From Anthoceros angustus (lineage: Eukaryota > Plantae > Anthocerotophyta), in the NCBI GenBank assembly GCA_010909165.1, contig VJWM01000254.1:1-64000 (forward strand): a DNA stretch of 64,000 nt, read 5' to 3'. Below the pieces are notes generated by a model. It saw only the letters and a list, made by a program, of their open reading frames with translations. It ran no database searches and was not told the origin of the DNA. Below are positions 1 to 11,740 of the stretch, in pieces (position 1 is the first letter of the stretch; the number at the start of each line of letters is the position of its first letter). Both the position numbers and the translations under genes were made by a program.

Positions 1-72
1 AGTTTGTGGTGTGTGGTATGTGTGTACGTAGCTCCCTTCCTAATTCAGACGTAGATACAATGCTACTCTCTA

Positions 73-560
73 CCTTGCGTGAAATTTCATCCCTCTTCTC
101 TCTCTCGAGAACCCACGACAAATGTATGCACAGGCCTGCTCCTTTACATCAATGCCAGACTGTACAGCAAGTTTCTTGTTAGCTCCAGCTAACTCTTTGA
201 GCCTTGCAATCCTGCCTACTCCTGTGCACCTGCCTGTAGCGGCATCCACATTTGCCACGAGGATGCATGGAGACGCCTGCTGCTGGACCTGGCTCACAAG
301 ACTGTCAAAGCATTCCGCTAGGACAAAAACGAGACTGTCAAAGCACCGTGTTACGCTTCCTACATCCCCATGAGTTTTGGCAAGGTACCTGGAATCCAAC
401 CGGCCTTGAGAAGCAAGCAAGAGTAACATTGAGAACTAAAATCAGCCCTTGTTGCTCCAATCTTCCATACAGAGCAATCGCCTCCTGACCCAGCCCGTGC
501 CCTGCATTCCCAGCCATCAGCATACTCAAGCCTGACACTGAGCCCAGGTCATGGACTGGT
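73..560 (-). pseudogene. Degenerate PPR-like coding fragment, possibly an exon of a gene continuing left of the window
   Basis: Frameshifted minus-strand peptides SMLMAGNAGHGLGQEAIALYGRLEQQGL and LAKTHGDVGSVTRCFDSL resemble PLS-class PPR motifs; possible GT donor near 73. Confidence 0.3.
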
Positions 561-837
561 CGCCCCACAAGGTTTTTTCAGCCACACATCTCTTGAGAAC
601 ACTGTACAACAGAGAAGATGACACAGTAGATCTCGATTGTGTCCGAGTCGAGAGGGTCAAGCACCATCAGCATGTCACCACATACAAGTTCGTGGTGTGC
701 GTGAAGCATATATGATCTAATCCACATCTCAACAGCGAAAACTCTCTTTAGTTTCACACTTATGTAATTAGAAAACATGGAGATGAGTGATCAACATGGG
801 AGATGAGTGATCTTCAGTTTAAAATCAGAGATGGGAC

Positions 838-1495
838 TGTTAAATACTTTGTTTCCTTGAGGTAGCAGCCCACCCCAAGAGGGAGATCCCTACCCTTCTA
901 CTTGTAACCGGTCTCGCACATTCTGAGATGCTCCTGTGGACTTTCCTATTGAACGACAGACTGGTGACGAATGACCTCTTCTGTATGTCAGGACGGGACT
1001 GGACGTGTTAGTCTGACTATGGGGAAGTTGTGGCTTGCCGCTACAGTGTCACCGTGTGGCCGGGGGGGAAGAGCGTCCACAGCTTGATGTGGCCTAGTCT
1101 TTGCGCTCACCGAGTCTGCACCATACATACATACAGATGGAATTGCACGACCGATCACGAATCAAGTCCCTCGAGAACACAAAGCATATGACTCGAACAC
1201 ACAAAGAACTACCAAGCTAGAATCTTTGGTAGGGTCAAGGCACAAGAGCTTAGAAGCTCGCGATGAGCAAGGGGACTCGTCCGTCCATTCTTGAATGCCC
1301 TTCCAGCTTACAATGGCCGCTATTTGTAGCGGAGTCCTTTTCTAAAGTTGGCCCTACTTTAAACTCGGGATGCCTCGGAATCCTATGCACCGTTGGCTCC
1401 AAGAGGCGTTGTTGCGAGGTCCCTTGCTATCGAATAAAGCTTCATTCACACCACACAAAACATCCCCCTTGTTATTTCGTTCTTATCCTTGCACA
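838..1495 (-). repeat. 3' LTR
   Basis: TGTTAAATACTTTG...TTATCCTTGCACA, near-identical to 10551-11196 apart from many small indels. Confidence 0.95.
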
Positions 1496-1510
1496 TTGGC
1501 TCCCCCCGGC
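1496..1510 (-). other. Polypurine tract
   Basis: Minus strand GCCGGGGGGAGCCAA immediately precedes the 3' LTR. Confidence 0.8.
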
Positions 1511-1778
1511 TGGCGCCTGGGCTCGCTCCCCTGATAAGAAGGGCAAGGATGTAGTTACGCACACACACGACTCCATGATCCCTGTTACACTTCACACTGA
1601 ATTGCACACCACACCCTACATCGTATTGTTCACCCAGCTAAGAGCCACCGGGAAAGTTCTTCCATCTTCATGCCTGATGGTTGGTCATTAAGGCCTGCTT
1701 TATCCTGCATTACCTTTCAACTTTGATATAAATCCCGCATCAATCCGCAAGCGGTCTATCAAGTCTTTCGACTCCTCT

Positions 1779-2410
1779 TCAATCGACTCGATTAGGCTCC
1801 AAGGCATGCAGTGTTGGTCGAAAATCTACCACTCGGATAAGTGTTGGCTCGGGCGTGGGGCATTGGGCAGCCTTAAGGCGTCGGGAAGCATCATGAGCAG
1901 ATGACCATTCCCAAAAGCTAAGTCTTTCTTCAAGATCCGAGCCAAAGGATATACCAAGTAATACCAATCATTGAACTCGGTGACCTTGGGTGACACGCAA
2001 ATCGACTAACCAAGCTTGAAGTTCCCCATGGTTGGATGGTTTTCCGTGAAACATTGACCCGTCCACTGCAAGCTTCTACCCGGCACACACGATGCGACCA
2101 CAAGTGCATCCAAGATCCTCCCAACATTCATGACACCTCGGGTCCATATACGCATTGGACCTACCCATCGACTCAAGTCAAGGCGCCTCTCATCAAAACC
2201 TTCTATCGGGCACCACTCATGGTGCACCGATATGTGACAGGATGACTTCCTTCCTACTACGAGGCCTCTGCGGTGAGGGTCATAAGTAGGCGGAAGGAGT
2301 CCATTCACATCATGGTGCAATACACCTCCCATCAACTCGCTAGCTTTAAGTAGTTCTCTTGGCCACCATTGGCCACTCGTTGAGCTACCAACAATCACAT
2401 TCTCAGCCAT
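1779..2410 (-). CDS. Extra ORF between integrase and 3' LTR, frameshifted, unknown function
   Basis: ATG-initiated ORF 2006-2410 with probable continuation in 1930-2127 and 1779-1967, same orientation as pol. Confidence 0.4.
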
Positions 2411-2529
2411 TCACCCATCATACCCTATCCAAGTCTAATCCCACCTAAAAATAGTCTGTGGCTTAGGTTAGATGCCTTCAATCATGGTATGAGGCATCCT
2501 AATCGGGACCGCAGCTACTCATGGCGATG

Positions 2530-3650
2530 TTATCGACAATAGAATTTCTTGAGGTGAGACCCACTTACCGTCTCCGCAGCTTCCAGATCAGACGGTTTCA
2601 CCACATCTACTGACCCATTCTCATGTATCTTTTTGACAAGCCATGGGCCTTCCCAACGCGGCTTCAGCTTCGCCCCCGACTCCCTTTTGAGATACCTGCG
2701 GACGTTTAGCCTGAGGACCCATTCTCCCACAGAGAAACCGAACTCCTTCTTGTCCTCATCATACTTTTCTTTCTGCTTGAGTTTCTCTTCTTCGATGGTG
2801 AGGTAGGCTGCTCTTCTAACCTCATCCAATTCATGCAACTGTACAATCCTTGCATCTTCTTCCATAGACATAGCCTCCAGGATGCCGAATCCTCTTGTTG
2901 CCGTAGTGACCTGAGAGGGTACCCTAGCAGGTACTCCGTATACTAACTCGAAAGGGGAAACTCCCACAGCTGTTTTAACACGGGTTCGCATGGCCCAGAG
3001 GGCACCATACAGGTGTTGATCCCAGCGTTGTGGCTCATCCTGGCAAAGTTTAGACAACACTTTAATGGCTACCTTGTTTGAGCTTTCAGCTTGACCATTA
3101 TCCATAGGATGATAGGCCGTTGTTAACCTATGCTTGACAAAGAACATGGACATGACTTTCTCAACCACCTCGTTGACAAACTCTCGACCTCGATCTGACA
3201 CTATCTCTACTGGACATCCAAACCTTGTGATCACATGATGGTACAGGAAGTTCCCTACCATTTCTCGATAGTGCCGACACTTCTTCAACCCACTTGGTAG
3301 CATAGTCGATTCACATTATGTAGCGATTGCCATGAAATGACAGGGCTGATCGGACCTATACAATCAATACCCCACTTGACAAAGGGACCGCTAGGAAACC
3401 TTTGGACACAACAAACCACGCCGGTGACACTTGAGCAAATTTTGGCGAGACTACACTGCAATACTCACGAACATCCTTGAACAAGGTGGGCCAAGAAAAC
3501 CAGCCCTCGAATCTTTTGACCGATTGCGGTTGCATCAAAATGACCACCACACACGAGTCATGCATCTCAAAAGGATCCGAGTATCTGTCGCCCATACACA
3601 CAAGCGTAGGACCCTATCGGGACCGATTCTAAACAACTTCCCTTCTATCA
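2530..3650 (-). CDS. Retrotransposon integrase (frameshifted)
   Basis: ITRFGCPVEIVSDRGREF, TTAYHPMDNGQAESSN, SPFELVYG and the GPY/F motif KLKPRWEGPW. Confidence 0.95.
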
Positions 3651-3829
3651 TGGTGTATGCTTTCGACCAAGATTGTAACTTCCTCTTCATGCTTGGATCA
3701 GCTCCTTCCGGCATTTTCCTTTCCTTGAGATAATCTGCGATTTGTCCATACAAGGTTGCAGGGTTTTCAATCTTTACAGCTATCGCTCGGAATGTCGTAC
3801 CTGTGTTCGTCCTTGCATTCCTGCAGAGA

Positions 3830-4180
3830 CCTGCATCAGCCAACTTATGTGCCTTAATATTCTGAGCTTCGTCGATGTGTAGAAAACCCACTCCATCCAT
3901 TGTCGCCACAAATCTTGCGATCTGTATCAAGACTGGGGTTGCCACTGTACTAGCTTGGCTCAGAAATTGGACCTCAAGCAACATTCACGAGTCATGGCTC
4001 TTGATCATTACCGCTTTGCTCCACACTTGGCTGCTTCCACTAACCTGCCAGATCGCCATTGCCGGCCCTCCTTGTGGTTACGCGGCCACGGTCCTAGATA
4101 TCGAGCGGATCCGCACTCACGGGGAGATCTCACTATTGCGCCAATCCTGCGTTGCCAAATAACACGCTACGCGCTCGTTC
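3830..4180 (-). CDS. Second, degenerate RNase H1 (aRH)-like domain in pol
   Basis: Frameshift-joined NAG-IGAIVRSP ... AMAIWQ-LVEAAKCG-KAVMIKSHDS*MLL ... FLHIDEAQNIKAHKLADAG repeats the aRH motif order. Confidence 0.55.
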
Positions 4181-4235
4181 ACACTCCGGATGTCCGTCGG
4201 CTTCTTCCTCATACTCATCCAGACGCGAAGAACTC

Positions 4236-7200
4236 GACATACTTACGCGCAATTCTTAGAGACATGGCTTGTGAACCCGCGATGGTTTGTTCCTCCTTCA
4301 AAGCTAATTTGGCGGTCCAAGAAGCTCGTTCCTTTGTCGTGGCACATGTGTCAAGGACACGCTTCAAACTTCGCATTAGCTCCAGCTGTGGTGAAGAGCT
4401 CTCAAATTCCTCGCACGCACTTCATATGTTCCATGCAAGCTTGACAAGTAGTTGGCTATCCAGAAAGCATTGAATCGCACTCTATCATCGCTAGCTTTAA
4501 ACCATGTAGGAAAGCTTGGTACTCCGCCTCGTTGTTAGTAGCTAAAGGAATCGCAAAGCTTTCCTTCACAGTTTCCTTTGCATCAGGGGCCACCAGTACC
4601 ACACCTACTCCAGCGCGACCATGCGCCACAGCTCCATCGGTCCACAATTTCCATGTGTCAGCATCACTCAATGCGGATGGGTCAGCCCAAAGTGCAGCCA
4701 AGGTTGGGTTACCTTTTGTTTCCTCTTCATCGGCTTCTTTCTTTCTCCTATGGCTTGGCACAGTGAGAGTCAGGGCTTCCTCCATTTGCTCAGACTGACC
4801 TTGAAGACTGGAATCGATGCCCTTGCATGCATATCCACACAGGCCTGCCTCCAACTGTCTAAATTTTAGTGACTTGATCTGGACTTCAAAGTCATATCCT
4901 GAGAGTAGACATACCCATTTTGCAAATCGTCCGGTAGGATTGGGTATCATCATCGTATCGTGCCGCATGTAGGCTAACCGGAAAAAAATTTGCACGATGC
5001 CGTAATGGTGGAACTTCTTCGTTCGCAACCATTCTGCCGTCACTTGCTCAAACGCATTGTACCTAGTCTCACATCCGGTCATAAGCCTACCTGCAAAGTA
5101 TATTGGCAGGTACAGCTTAGTCTCATCATCCTGCTGGAATAAGCTGTATTCCAGAGATGCCCTTGTTACTTCCACACTCACATAGAATGTCCTTGACCAA
5201 TCTGGTGGTTTCATGACCTGGGGTGACACCATTAAATTTTGTAACCGCTCGTAGGATTCCATCATTGGTTCATCCCATACCGCCTCGATTCTTCCGTGGA
5301 TTTATGCGGAGGTCTGCTACCTGTGAAATTGGGTATTAACCTCCTGTAGTAACTTGCTGTACAAATGATCTTACTTCCTCTATGCTAACCGGAAAAATTT
5401 GCACGATGCCGTAATGGTGGAACTTCTTCGTTCGCAACCATTCCTGCCGTCACTTGCTCAAACGCATTGTACCTAGTCTCACATCCGGTCATAAGCCTAC
5501 ACGCAAAGTATATTGGCGGTAGTCTCATCATCCTGCTGGAATAAGTTGTATTCCAGAGACGCTCCTGTTACTTCCACACTCACATAGAATGTCCTTGACC
5601 AGTCTGGTGGTTTCATGACCTTGGGTGACACCATTAAATTTTGTAACGCTCGTAGGATTCCATCATTGGTTCATCCCATACCAGTTCACGATTCTTCGCG
5701 TGGATTTATGCGGAGGTCTGCTACCTGTGAAATTGGGTATTAACCTCCGTAGTAACTTGCCTGTACAAATGATCTTACTTCCTCTATGCTAACGGGCCTT
5801 GGCGAAACTTCTTGATCTTCCCAGTTCGCATGTACACCTTTGGAATCAATCATGAACCCCAAAGTTCCCCTTGATGACAAATATGCACTTCAAGGATTTA
5901 ACCCGATATTTGCTAGGGTCGACAGAACACTTCCTCCAAGTTTCTGGATGATCGACTCTTCTCCCATACACGGCAAAGTCATCTAAGAAGACACGTAGGA
6001 ACTTCCTCTTGTGGTGCCGAGCCTCCATCATGACTTCACGAAAACAAGATGGCGCATTGCAAAGGCCGAAGGCATTACCTTGTACATGAACACACCCCAT
6101 GGTGTCACAAAAGCGATCTTGGTGATCTTCTTCACAGATAGCGACTGATGAAATCACGAATAACCATCGCAGAAAGAGTATGTCTCGTGACGAAACCTCA
6201 TCCGACGGCAGCCCGACATACTTACGCGCGCACAGAGACATGGCTTGTGAACACCTCGGCGATGGTTTTGTTCCTCCTTCAAAGCTAATTTGGCGGTCCA
6301 GTGAAGCTCGTTCCTTTGTCGTGGCACATGTGTCAAGGACCTTTTGCTTCAAACTTCGCATTAGCTCCGAGCCTGTGGTGAAGAGCTCTCAAATTCCTCG
6401 CACTTCATATGTTCCATGCGCTTGACAAGTAGTTGGCTATCCGCAAGCATTGAATCGCACTCTATCGCTAGCTTTAAACCATGTAGGAAAGCGGTACTCC
6501 GCCTCGTTGTTAGTAGCTAAAGGAATCGCAAAGCTTTCCTTCACGTTTCCTTTGCATCGGGGCCATCGGCACCACACCTACTCCGGCGGCCATGCGCTGA
6601 CTCCATCGGTCCACAATTTCCATGTGTCGGCATCACTCAATGCGGATGGGTCAGCCCAAAAGTGCGGGGTTGGGTTACCTTTTGCTTCCTCTTCATCGCT
6701 TCTTTCTTTCTCCTACGACTTGGCACGGTGAGAGTCGGGCTTCCTCCATTTTGCTCAGGTGTGAAGGCGGAATCGATGCCCTTGCATGCATATCCACAGC
6801 TGCCTCCAACTGTCTAAATTTTAGTGACTTGATCTGGACTTCAAAGTCATATCCTGAGAGTATACATACCCATTTTGCAAATCGTCCGGTAGGATTGGGT
6901 ATCATCATCAGGTATCGTGCCGCATGTAGGCTAACCGGAAAAAATTTGCCTGATGCCAGGTAATGGTGGAACTTCTTCGTTGCTGCAACCATTCCTGCCG
7001 TCACTTGCTCAAACGCATTGTACCTAGTCTCACATCCGGTCATAAGCCTACCTGCAAAGTATATTGGCGGTGACAGTCTCATCATCCTATTTGGAATAAG
7101 CTGTATTCCAGAGATGCCCTTGTTACTTCCACACTCACATAGAATGTCCTTGACCAATCTGGTGGTTTCATGACCTGGGGTGACACCATTAAATTTTGTA

Positions 7201-7770
7201 ACCGCTCGTAGGATTCCATCATTGGTTCATCCCATACCAGTTCATGATTCTTCCGCGTGGATTTGTACAGAGGTGCTGCTACCTCTGTGAAATTGGGTAT
7301 TAACCTCCTGTAACTTGCCTGTACAAATGATCTTACTTCCTCTATGCTAACGGGCCTTGGCGAAACTTCTTGATCTTCCCAGCTCGCATGTACACCTTTG
7401 GAATCAATCATGAACCCCAAAGTTCCCCTTGATGACAAATATGCACTTCAAGGATTTAACCCGATATTTGCTAGGGTCGACAGAACACTTCCTCCAAGTT
7501 TCTGGATGATCGACTCTTCTCCCATACACGGCAAAGTCATCTAAGAAGACACGTAGGAACTTCCCTCTTGTGGTGCCGAGCCTCCATCATGACTTCACGA
7601 AAACAAGATGGCGCATTGCAAAGGCCGAAAGGCATTACCTTGTACATGAACACACCCCATGGTGTCACAAAAGCAGTCTTGGGCTGATCTTCTTCACAGA
7701 TAGCGACCTGATGAAATCCTGAATAACCATCGCAGAAAGAGTATGTCTCGTGACCAGAAACCTCATCCAG
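4236..7770. repeat. Internal tandem duplication of the RT C-terminus/RH/aRH region (about 4236-6203 vs 6214-7770), with a nested ~415 bp duplication near 4972-5790
   Basis: The same sequence blocks recur, e.g. CTTGACAAGTAGTTGGCTATC at ~4440 and ~6421, and GGAAAAAATTTGCACGATGCCG at ~4980 and ~5391. Confidence 0.85.
4290..5265 (-). CDS. Gypsy RNase H plus additional archaeal-type RNase H (aRH), copy A
   Basis: PPDWSRTFYVSV, PIYFAGRLMTGCETRY and RFAKW (RH); WKLWTDGA, AGVGVVL, TNNEAEYQAFLHG, DSQLLV and HVPRQRNE (aRH). Confidence 0.9.
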
Positions 7771-8010
7771 TATCTCATCCACATGAGGAAGGGGAAACCT
7801 GTCCTTCCTCGTAGCTTTGTTTAACTCCCGAAAGTCGACACACATCCTAATTTTCCCATTCTTCTTCATCGAAATTACTATCGGGGATACCCACTCCGGA
7901 TATTGCACCGCTTCTATGCATCCAGCAGCTTTCAACCTCATTACTTCTTCCGTACCTCCTGCATGCGTCGGTGACAACTCTCAGTTCACACCCTTGGTTT
8001 TGTGCTGCGG
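6214..8010 (-). CDS. Reverse transcriptase, RNase H and aRH, copy B (frameshifted)
   Basis: WVSPIVISMKKNGKIRMCVDFRELNKAT, FPLP, DGYSGFHQV, KTAFVTPWG, MPFGLCNAP, VFLDD. Confidence 0.95.
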
Positions 8011-8479
8011 ATATCGATTTTGAACTTGCGTAGGTTCGTAGTTGGCATTTCTTCGTGCCCGATGATGAACAAATGTTCATATCGGAGAAAAGATTCTGTA
8101 ACGCTCAAGTTCCTCTCCTTCTATGTCCGTACCAACTTTGGCAACCTTCGACACCGTTGGCTCCAAAAACTTCAATTCCTTCAAGTCGGGATGTTGGATC
8201 ATGCGAGTTTGAGCTTATCTTGGGCCAATCGAATGGATAGGATGTGGAGTGTCTCGTTCATCGTTGAATGCCTCTGGTGAAATCCACCTCTGGTCCGAAC
8301 CACTTGTCACCATACAGAGGCTTGGATCCTGCTTTGAGGTGCTACTTGTCATGTTGAACTCTCAGTGCCATGCCTTGATCGAACCGGTCTGTTGGCGGGC
8401 CAATTTCCGTGATTCCAGATCCCGTGGTGATCGGCTTTCACTAACTCTAACCATGGTTGGCCTAGGATGACACCATATG

Positions 8480-8760
8480 CCCGGCTCGGGAAGTTCCACA
8501 ACGGTGAAACCTATCCATACTCTTACTCCGTGAACAACAACCTTGATGTTTTCCGGGACCCCACCACAGGAGCTTTGTATTGACGATCTCAAGACTTGCT
8601 TACATGCTAGTTTGCGGGTGGTACCTAGACCAAGATCTTGAGCCAAGCGGCATTGATCAAGTTCGTAGATGACCCTCCATCCACGACGGCCGGGACCTCG
8701 ACCTCATTGATCCAAGCCCGTTCGCGGTGAGTCGTTTTGCGGAGCCATCCAATCGGTCGG
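8480..8760 (-). CDS. Retroviral-type aspartic protease (frameshifted)
   Basis: AWINEVEVPAVVDGGSSTNLI (D[T/S/G]G catalytic motif). Confidence 0.85.
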
Positions 8761-9137
8761 TTTGATGAGTCAGGATTGCCAGTTATCGTCAATGTTGTGG
8801 CAACTTCCCCTTTTAGCTTAGCCTTTCCCTTCTTGTGCTTCAACTCCCGAGTACTTAAGGCAGCGGTGATCTCTTGTCGTGCTGCAGGGAGGATTCCGAA
8901 CAGCTGCCTGAATGTCATTTTTACTTCCCTATCTGCAAGATCTTCCACAAGTGAGTATGGCGGTGCACTGCTGGCAATTGGAGGAACAACGCTCCTTACG
9001 TCTTCGCCTCTTAGGCTTCTCGAGCGCCGATGTCTTCCATCTCTATTTCGGCCCACACTTCCTTCTTTCCTTTGTTGTTTCGCCTCTTTTGTATAGTCAT
9101 CTTGACGTCGGATTCGGAGGCGTTTTCTTACCCGCGG

Positions 9138-10195
9138 CTAGCAGAAGCGCACGATGGTTGCCTTTGTTGGCATGCAAGCTTCGGTGAAGACTCCTCGGAC
9201 GACAATCTCCTCTTCTGGCAGCGGTGGGCGACGGGTTTCCCCAGTTGTCTGGCCTATAGGTTTGAGCGGTACCCGACCACGACCTCGTGGTGCACCTCCT
9301 CGACCTCGGCTGCTGCTGCTTGACGAGTTCTTAGGACATCTCCACTCTATGTGGCCATGCTCCCCAGCTAACACATGGTGTGTTCATGCACAACTCAGTG
9401 TGTTGAGATCCACACTTCTTGCATGGTTCACGGGGCTTCATTGTTGTCGGCTCATGTGTCTTCCCGACCGCCATCCTCGTGATCATGGCCTCCAACTCGT
9501 TCACTCTCTTTGACATCATAGCCAGGGGTCCTCCTTCGATTTCTTCATCTTGTGCAGTTTTTCTGTTTCGAGATGGCGCTCGAATGGGGCTCTCGGACGA
9601 TGAAGGATCTGAGTCCGGCGAATGGCTCCTGCTACGATGGCGTTCTCGGTGGCGAGGCTTACTTGGCTTGGTACGTGAGGAAACTTTGTTTTTTTTCATG
9701 GCTAGCTCAATGACATCATCCAAGGTCCTCTCTTCATCTTCCATCCGGCGGGTGTAAAACTCATTTCTTAAGCCATGTATGAACTTCCGCTTCACCTTCT
9801 TGAGTTTTCCGCCTTCCTTTGTGTAGCCTAGCTTCTTCACTGTCCTCGTCCGCTCCACATATGTTGCGATGGATTCACGACTTTCCGACTGTAATCAAGT
9901 CGATCTTCAATCCTTGTGGAAAGACTCACTTGAACTTGGTTAAGAAGGCAACACAGCACTCAGTCAACACGAAGCTCATCCTCCAATGTCTCATACCATA
10001 CTGGACTCCCTTGCGAGATCGGAAATACTTCAAGTACTTTTTTTCTGTTCCCATCAAACGAGCTTTTAAAACCTTCTTGAACAACCACAGATGTTCGTCA
10101 GGATCTTCATTTGGGGACCCATAGTACTGTGGCAAGGTATTGGGGTCAAGACCGGGCTTCATAGACAGGTCAGATCCTGAGTACCCCATGTCCAC
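9138..10195 (-). CDS. Gag with zinc knuckle(s) (frameshifted)
   Basis: LPQYYGSPNEDPDEHL, KFIHGLR, CKKCGSQHTELC and the CCHC remnant GEHGHIEWRCP. Confidence 0.85.
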
Positions 10196-10533
10196 AAGCT
10201 ACTTTCTGTCGGACAGGCTGGTTTCTAACAACCCACACTTTCGGCGGACTCTTTGACTATCCTAAGAAAGAGGAACTGATATGATAGAGGGAGTTGGGGA
10301 AAACCAAAAGGAAGACGGGTATCTTCTGGCAGCAAAGCAATCATTTCTTTTATGGTCAGCCTTTTACTACCTCCTGCTCTATTCCTATTTGTCAGTTTTG
10401 AAACATTCCTCATACTAGGACTAAGCAATGCTGGAAACGCTGGTTCAGACGTGTATGATACCCAAGGGATGTGGTAGTCGTGGTGTATGCAGAACGCAAA
10501 ATCTGATCTTCACACCGCTTGCTATCGAGGACA

Positions 10534-10548
10534 CGCGTCCGGGTGCCA
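10534..10548 (-). other. Primer binding site
   Basis: TGGCACCCGGACGCG two bases downstream of the 5' LTR on the minus strand; cognate tRNA not assigned. Confidence 0.75.
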
Positions 10549-10550
10549 AA

Positions 10551-11196
10551 TGTTAAATACTTTGTTTCCTTGAGGTAGCAGCCCACCCCAAGAGGAGATC
10601 CCTACCCTTCTACTTGTAACCGGTCTCGCACATTCGAGATGCTCCATGGACTTTCCTATTGAGCAGCGGTGACGAATGACCTCTTCCGTATGTCGTGACG
10701 GACCGACGTGTTAGTCGACTATGGGGAAGTTGTGGCTTGCCGCCTGTCACCGTGTGGCCGGGGAAGAGCGTCCACGGCTTGATGTGGCCTAGTCTTTGCG
10801 CTCACCGAGTCCCGCACCATACATACATACAGATGGAATTGCAGCACGGCGATCACAATCAAGTCCTCAGAGAACACAAAGCATATGACTCGAACACACA
10901 AAGAACTACCAAGCTAGAATCTTTGGTAGGGTCAAGGCACAAGAGCTTAGAAGCTCCATGATGAGCAAGGGACTCCGTCCGTCCATTCTTGAATGCCCTT
11001 CCATTACAATGGCCGCTATTTGTAGCGGAGTCCTTTTCTAAAGTTGGCCCTACTTTAAACTCGGGATGCCCTCGGAATCCTATGCACCGTTGGCTCCAAG
11101 AGGCGTTGTTGCAGAGGTCCCTTGCTATCAGAATAGAAAGCTTCATTCACACCACACAAAACATCTCCCTTGTTATTTCGTTCTTATCCTTGCACA
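10551..11196 (-). repeat. 5' LTR
   Basis: TG...CA-bounded copy of 838-1495. Confidence 0.95.
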
Positions 11197-11740
11197 GGAC
11201 AATGGCACGTCCTAAATGAGAGACATCTCTCCCAGCCTGGGCTGATGAGGAAGGTAGAACAACGCATGCCTCGCATGTGAGAGATTTAGAAGTCATTCCA
11301 CCAGCGGCACGCTCTGCACTTTCAAGAAAGAGGAACGCGAATCTGCACTTGCCTTGTGAAATCAAAGCTACAGTTACAGCTCTACAACTGGCTCGTTCTT
11401 TCCTTCCTACCCTCTATGAGCTAGCACCTGTTCACTAGTGAACACAAGGAGGCTGTGGGATGTTTCTCCTGCATGCAGCATGCGCACCTGAACTTGCGAA
11501 ATGACCAGGAAAGGACAGATGAGAATGCACCAACCGTGCCTAGCCTAGCACCACTACTCTTTTTTGTCAATTGCAGGCGAGCCTGAACGTTCGAAATGAG
11601 TAGGAAACGACAAACGAGAACGCATTGGAACAAATGAGAAGGCGTTGGAATGCACCAACAGTGTCTCCCTCGAGACCATACCTGACAGCGGATTGAAGCT
11701 GTCATCGCCACACCCAACTCCTGCTGGCCAGGCAAGTGAG

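Larger units (their letters stand above)
838..11196 (-). mobile_element. Full-length Ty3/Gypsy LTR retrotransposon, Tat superclade (RT-RH-aRH-INT order), degenerate
   Basis: Two ~650 bp direct repeats bounded by TG...CA (838-1495, 10551-11196). GGAC flanks both ends (834-837, 11197-11200). PBS and PPT present. gag-protease-RT-RNaseH-aRH-integrase fragments lie in Gypsy order on the minus strand. Confidence 0.95.
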
